DNA of 32,000 bases from Longivirga aurantiaca (GTDB lineage: Bacteria > Actinomycetota > Actinomycetes > S36-B12 > CAIYMF01). Every line of letters begins with the position of its first letter. Within the stretch, counting starts at the first letter, position 1. The position numbers and the translations under genes were made by a program. The DNA lies in assembly GCF_042660085.1 (NCBI RefSeq), contig NZ_JBHSTI010000008.1, forward strand, positions 1,149,876 through 1,181,875, given 5' to 3'. Of the stretch, positions 27,913 to 32,000 are shown one piece after another. The notes under the pieces were generated by a model. It saw only the letters and a list, made by a program, of their open reading frames with translations, was not told the origin of the DNA and made no database searches.

Positions 27913-27932
27913 ACAACTAACATTTCAGTTGT
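27913..27932. promoter_or_regulatory. Imperfect palindrome ACAACT-N8-AGTTGT overlapping the GntR start; contains a -10-like TAACAT (27918-27923)
   Basis: Read directly: 6-bp perfect arms, 16/20 positions symmetric, and 7 nt between TAACAT and the GTG start. Confidence 0.6.
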
Positions 27933-28641
27933 GACCGACCGGCGGCTGCTCAAGGACGAGGCGTACGACGCCCTCCGCGCCGCGATCGTCGCCGGCGACC
28001 TCGAGCCCGGCGCCACGCTGTCGGACGCCGAGCTCGCCGACCGGCTCGGCGTGTCCCGCGCGCCGGTGCGGGCGGCGCTGGCACGGCTCGTCGACGACGG
28101 GCTCGTGGAGACCAAGCCGCAGAGCTTCACCCGCGTGACCCCGGTGGTCGACCGCGAGGTGCGCGACGCCGTGCAGGTGGTGCGCACCATGCACGAGCTG
28201 GTCGTCGGGCTGGCCGTGCCGCTCGTGACGCCCGCGGACCTCGCCGACATGGCGGTGGTCAACACCGCGTTCACCGAAGCCATCCGGGCAGGCGACGTCG
28301 ACGCCGCGCTCGAGGCCGACGACGCGTTCCACGACATCCCGGTGCGCGTCGCGCGGAACCGACCGGCTGCCGCCACGATCGAGCGGTTCACGCCGCTCGT
28401 CCGGCGCCTCGAGCGGGCGAGGTTCGGCGGACTGCCGGGCCACGAGTCGGTGCGCCTGCACGCGCGGCTGCTGCGCGCGTTCCGCGAGGGCGACGTCGCG
28501 CTCGCGGTGTCCACGACCACGCAGATCTGGGGCGCGCTCGAGCAGCAGCTCGACGTGCCCGCGGCCGGTGTCGCCACCACCGGCGCACGGCCCGCCCCCG
28601 AGACCACCCGGCGGCCACGCCGGGCCGCCACCCCCCGCTAG
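27931..28641 (+). CDS. GntR-family transcriptional regulator with FCD domain
   Basis: [69 protein letters not shown] plus a C-terminal FCD-like helical domain. Confidence 0.93.
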   Translation: MTDRRLLKDEAYDALRAAIVAGDLEPGATLSDAELADRLGVSRAPVRAALARLVDDGLVETKPQSFTRVTPVVDREVRDAVQVVRTMHELVVGLAVPLVTPADLADMAVVNTAFTEAIRAGDVDAALEADDAFHDIPVRVARNRPAAATIERFTPLVRRLERARFGGLPGHESVRLHARLLRAFREGDVALAVSTTTQIWGALEQQLDVPAAGVATTGARPAPETTRRPRRAATPR

Positions 28642-28649
28642 GAGCGCCC

Positions 28650-29672
28650 GTGACCACGCTGCAGGACTTCCCGCGCCACCCGCTGCTGTTCGGCCCGTCG
28701 CCGGTGCACCGCCTCGACCGGCTCACCGCGCACCTGGGCGGCGCCGAGGTATGGGCCAAGCGCGAGGACGTCAACTCCGGCATCGCGTTCGGCGGCAACA
28801 AGACGCGCAAGCTCGAGTACCTCGTTGCCGACGCGATCGCGCAGGGCTGCGACACGCTCGTGTCGATCGGCGGGGTGCAGAGCAACCACACCCGGCAGGT
28901 CGCGGCGGTCGCCGCGCACGTCGGGATGAAGTGCGTGCTCGTGCAGGAGAGCTGGGTCGACTGGCCGGACTCGGTCTACGACAAGGTCGGCAACATCCTC
29001 ATCAGCCGGCTCGCCGGCGCCGACGTGCGGCTCGTGCAGAGCGAGTTCGGCATCGGCTTCAAGGAGTCGTGGGAGAACGCGCTCGCCGAGATCGAGGAGT
29101 CCGGCGGCAGGCCCTACGCGATCCCCGCCGGTGCGTCCGACCACCGCCTCGGCGGTCTCGGCTTCGCGGGCTGGGCGTACGAGCTGGCCGAGCAGGAGCG
29201 TGCGCTCGGCGTCTTCTTCGACACGGTCGTGGTCTGCTCGGTGACCGGATCGACCCAGGCCGGGATGGTCGCGGGCTTCCGCAGCCTCGAGCAGGACGGT
29301 GGCCGGGTACGCCGGGTGCTCGGCATCGACGGCAGCGCCAAGCCCGCCGAGACGCACGCGCAGGTCACCCGGATCGCCGCCTCCACCGCCGAGCTCATCG
29401 GCGTACGCGCCCCGATCACGGCCGCCGACGTCGAGCTCGACGACCGCTACCACGCCGGGATCTACGGAATCCCTGACACCCGGACGATCGACGCGATGAA
29501 GCTCGCGGCGCGCACCGAGGGCATGGTGACCGACCCCGTGTACGAGGGGAAGTCGATGGCCGCGGTGATCGACCTCGTGGGGCGCCGGGAGATCGACCCG
29601 TCGTCGAACGTGCTGTTCGCCCATCTCGGCGGGCAGCCGGCGCTCAACGGCTACAGCGCGATGTTCAGCTGA
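28650..29672 (+). CDS. acdS: 1-aminocyclopropane-1-carboxylate deaminase / PLP-dependent D-cysteine desulfhydrase family
   Basis: [90 protein letters not shown]. Confidence 0.87.
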   Translation: MTTLQDFPRHPLLFGPSPVHRLDRLTAHLGGAEVWAKREDVNSGIAFGGNKTRKLEYLVADAIAQGCDTLVSIGGVQSNHTRQVAAVAAHVGMKCVLVQESWVDWPDSVYDKVGNILISRLAGADVRLVQSEFGIGFKESWENALAEIEESGGRPYAIPAGASDHRLGGLGFAGWAYELAEQERALGVFFDTVVVCSVTGSTQAGMVAGFRSLEQDGGRVRRVLGIDGSAKPAETHAQVTRIAASTAELIGVRAPITAADVELDDRYHAGIYGIPDTRTIDAMKLAARTEGMVTDPVYEGKSMAAVIDLVGRREIDPSSNVLFAHLGGQPALNGYSAMFS

Positions 29673-29689
29673 CGGGGCAGGATGGGGGC

Positions 29690-30325
29690 ATGAGCGATCA
29701 CGGGTCGTACTGGGAGGACGTGCACGCCGGCAAGGACCCGGGCGGCGTCTCGTGGTGGCAGGACGAGGACTCCGTGTGGGTCGACCTCGTCGAGCGCACC
29801 GGCGTCGACCGGCACGCCCACGTGGTCGACGTCGGCAGCGGGTCCTCGACCCTGCCCGATGCGCTCGTCGCCCGCGGCTTCACCGACCTGACGCTGGTCG
29901 ACCTGTCGCCCACGGCGCTCGCCCGGACCCGCGAGCGGCTGCGGGCGCACGTGCCCGACCTCGACAGCCGGCTGCGCACGGTGGTGGCCGACGTGCTCGA
30001 GCTCGAGCTGCGCCACCCGGCCGCGGTGTGGTTCGACCGCGCGGTGCTGCACTTCCTGACCGAGCCCGACGACGTGGCGGTGTACGCCGCCACGCTGCGC
30101 GCGAGCCTCGCGCCGGGCGGGTGCGCCGTGATCGCGACGTTCGCCCCGGACGGGCCCGAGCAGTGCAGCGGGCTGCCCGTCCGGAGGTACGACGCCGAGG
30201 GGCTCGTCGCAGCGCTCGAGGCGACGGACTGGGAGCGGGTGCTCGTCGAACGGCGGGTGCACCGCACGCCCTGGGGGAGCGAGCAGCCGTTCACCGTCGT
30301 CATCCTGCGGAGCCCGGCCGGCTGA
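29690..30325 (+). CDS. Class I SAM-dependent methyltransferase
   Basis: HVVDVGSGSSTLPDALVARGFTDLTLVDLSPTALARTRERL...WFDRAVLHFLTEPDD...LAPGGCAVIATFAPDGPEQCSGLPVRRY. Confidence 0.9.
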   Translation: MSDHGSYWEDVHAGKDPGGVSWWQDEDSVWVDLVERTGVDRHAHVVDVGSGSSTLPDALVARGFTDLTLVDLSPTALARTRERLRAHVPDLDSRLRTVVADVLELELRHPAAVWFDRAVLHFLTEPDDVAVYAATLRASLAPGGCAVIATFAPDGPEQCSGLPVRRYDAEGLVAALEATDWERVLVERRVHRTPWGSEQPFTVVILRSPAG

Positions 30326-30457
30326 GCCCGTCGAACCCGCCTCGGTCCGGTCGCGACGTCACGACGCATCGGGCGCAGAGGCGCCGGTGCGGGGGCAGAT
30401 CCTCCGAGGTTCGCTCGTTCGGGGATCGTCACCCGTTCGGCCCAGCGCAGGACTACC

Positions 30458-31252
30458 GTGCACGCATCCGACCACCGGTGCCCCGAGCCGAGACGTCCCT
30501 CCCCGCTCGGGGCACCGGCGCGCGTGGCCGGGCAGGCGGGGGCCGAGGAGGTGCGGCTCGTGCTCGTGCTCGACGGTGGTGGCGAGCGCGTGCTCGTCTT
30601 CCTCCCCGGCTTCATGACCGCTGCCGAGTCGTACGTCGAGGTGCTCACCCCGGTCGCCGACGCGGGGGTGACCGTGCTGGTGCCGCAGCTGTACCGCCGC
30701 GGCGTCGGCGCGCTGGCGGGCCGGGTGCCGGTCAGCTCCGAGGCCTCGGCCGCCGCCGACCTCGTCCGGGTGACCGCGGCCGAGCGCGGCACCCCGCTCG
30801 TGCACCTCGGCGGCCACTCCCGGGGCGGTCAGGCCGCGTGGCGCGCAGCCGCGCTGCTCGCGGCGGAGGGTCTTCCCGCCGGGCTCGTCGTCATCGATCC
30901 CGTGGACGGCGCCGGCCGTCGTCCGACCGAGGCCGACGCCACCGCGGAGCCGGCCGCGTTCGACGTCCGCACGCTCGTGATCGGCGCCGGGCTCGGCGGC
31001 CGCTGCGCGCCGGAGGCGGTCAACCACGCGGTCTTCGCCGCGGCCGCACCCTTCGCCCAGCACGTCCTGGTCACCGGCATGGGTCACGTCGACCTGCTCG
31101 ACGACCGGCCGCGGGCGCTCGCCCGCCGGCTCTGCCCCGGTGGGCCGGACCCCGACAGCGCGCGCACGTCGGTGTCGGCCCTGCTCGTCGCGTTCCTCGC
31201 CGGGACGCCCCTGCCCGCGCTCGACGGCGCCGTCGAGGTGCTCCAGGCCTGA
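30458..31252 (+). CDS. Alpha/beta hydrolase (PET hydrolase/chlorophyllase-like fold)
   Basis: RVLVFLPGFMTAAESYVEVLTPVADAGVTVLVPQLY, nucleophile LGGHSRGGQAAWRAA, VVIDPVDG, a late His in GMGHVDLLDD. GTG 30458. Confidence 0.82.
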   Translation: MHASDHRCPEPRRPSPLGAPARVAGQAGAEEVRLVLVLDGGGERVLVFLPGFMTAAESYVEVLTPVADAGVTVLVPQLYRRGVGALAGRVPVSSEASAAADLVRVTAAERGTPLVHLGGHSRGGQAAWRAAALLAAEGLPAGLVVIDPVDGAGRRPTEADATAEPAAFDVRTLVIGAGLGGRCAPEAVNHAVFAAAAPFAQHVLVTGMGHVDLLDDRPRALARRLCPGGPDPDSARTSVSALLVAFLAGTPLPALDGAVEVLQA

Positions 31253-31336
31253 CCGCGCGGCACCGACCCGGCGCCATGGCGCGCATCGGCGTCGTGCGCC
31301 CCCTAGGTTGAAGCCACCATTCCGACGGGGAGGGGC

Positions 31337-32000
31337 GTGCATCCGGTGGAGCCCCGCAACCGCGCGTACAGCCCGCGCGGATCGCTCATGCTGTCGGCGC
31401 TCGACGTCCTCCCGGACGCGTCGATCATGGTCTTCGACACCGACCTCGTGTTCGTGGTCGTGCGCGGCGAGGCCCTGCTCGAGGCGGGGATGCAGCCGCA
31501 CGAGCTCGAGGAGCGGCCTGCGGCAGAGGCGCTCAACCCGTCCCGGTGGGCGTTCTACGAGCCGTTCTACCGCGCGGCGCTCGCCGGCGAGTCGTCGTCG
31601 CTCGAGGTGGGATCCCTGGCGGGCGACGGGCACCGGTACGTGGTCAACATCGGCCCGGTGCGCAACGACGCGGGCGACGTCATCGGCGGTGTGGCGATCG
31701 CCACGGACGTGTCCGACCACATGCGCCTGCGGGAGGCGCTCGAGGAGAGCGAGCACCGGTTCCGTCTTGTCGCCGAGAACTCCTCCGACGTCGTCCTGCG
31801 CGTGGACGACGACTGGGACATCGGCTGGGTGTCGCCGTCGGTGCGGGAGGTCCTCGGCTACGAGCCGGAGAAGATCCTGGGAGCTGGGCTGCCGGGGTTC
31901 CTCGTGCCGGAGTCCTGGGACTCGATCTCGGCGGCCTATGCCGCCTGGGACAAGAAGGAGCCCCTGCGGCACCTGCTGCAGGTGGTCGCGGCCGACGGCC
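31337..32000 (+). CDS. PAS-domain protein, 3'-truncated by the window end (probable sensor kinase or GGDEF/EAL protein)
   Basis: The frame is open to 32000: LSALDVLPDASIMVFDTDLVFVVVRGEALLEAG...VIGGVAIATDVSDHMRLREALEESEHRFRLVAENSSDVVLRVDDDWDIGWVSPSVREVLGYEPEKILG. The effector domain lies outside the window. The ORF track does not list this frame; start GTG 31337. Confidence 0.85.
   Translation, partial: MHPVEPRNRAYSPRGSLMLSALDVLPDASIMVFDTDLVFVVVRGEALLEAGMQPHELEERPAAEALNPSRWAFYEPFYRAALAGESSSLEVGSLAGDGHRYVVNIGPVRNDAGDVIGGVAIATDVSDHMRLREALEESEHRFRLVAENSSDVVLRVDDDWDIGWVSPSVREVLGYEPEKILGAGLPGFLVPESWDSISAAYAAWDKKEPLRHLLQVVAADG

Overview
This is a high-GC actinobacterial chromosomal window, probably a Micrococcales/Cellulomonadaceae-like organism (inferred from GC content, codon usage and gene types only). 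About 25 real genes are supported. From left to right they are: recQ; a VOC-family gene and a DUF4242-like gene; an internally deleted ferredoxin-reductase remnant; an ABC-2 exporter with a fused double permease; an SPFH / 2TM / Hsp20 / P-type ATPase / rhodanese stretch; an NTF2-like membrane protein; a GlcD-like FAD oxidase; a lipoprotein alpha/beta hydrolase; a GyrI-like protein; a class I aldolase; a MarR-led three-gene operon; a DUF305 lipoprotein; an AbiEi-N/DUF559 nuclease-like gene; a ferric-reductase-like / FMN_bind / ApbE flavinylation operon; a roughly 1050-aa secreted Ig-like repeat protein coupled to a lipoprotein; a GntR regulator with acdS; a methyltransferase; an alpha/beta hydrolase; and a truncated PAS protein. 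The most unexplained signal is a family of intergenic repeats. Each unit is about 45 bp, ends in the palindrome TTACCCGGGTAA or a near version, and is spaced exactly 62 bp from the next. The family occurs in three clusters (2, 3 and 2 copies), with a fourth cut off at base 1. All copies lie in the same orientation just downstream of a plus-strand stop codon, and two clusters bracket the DUF559 gene. No IS element, rRNA, tRNA or CRISPR array was recognised. No clearly new defence or biosynthetic system can be demonstrated from the sequence alone.
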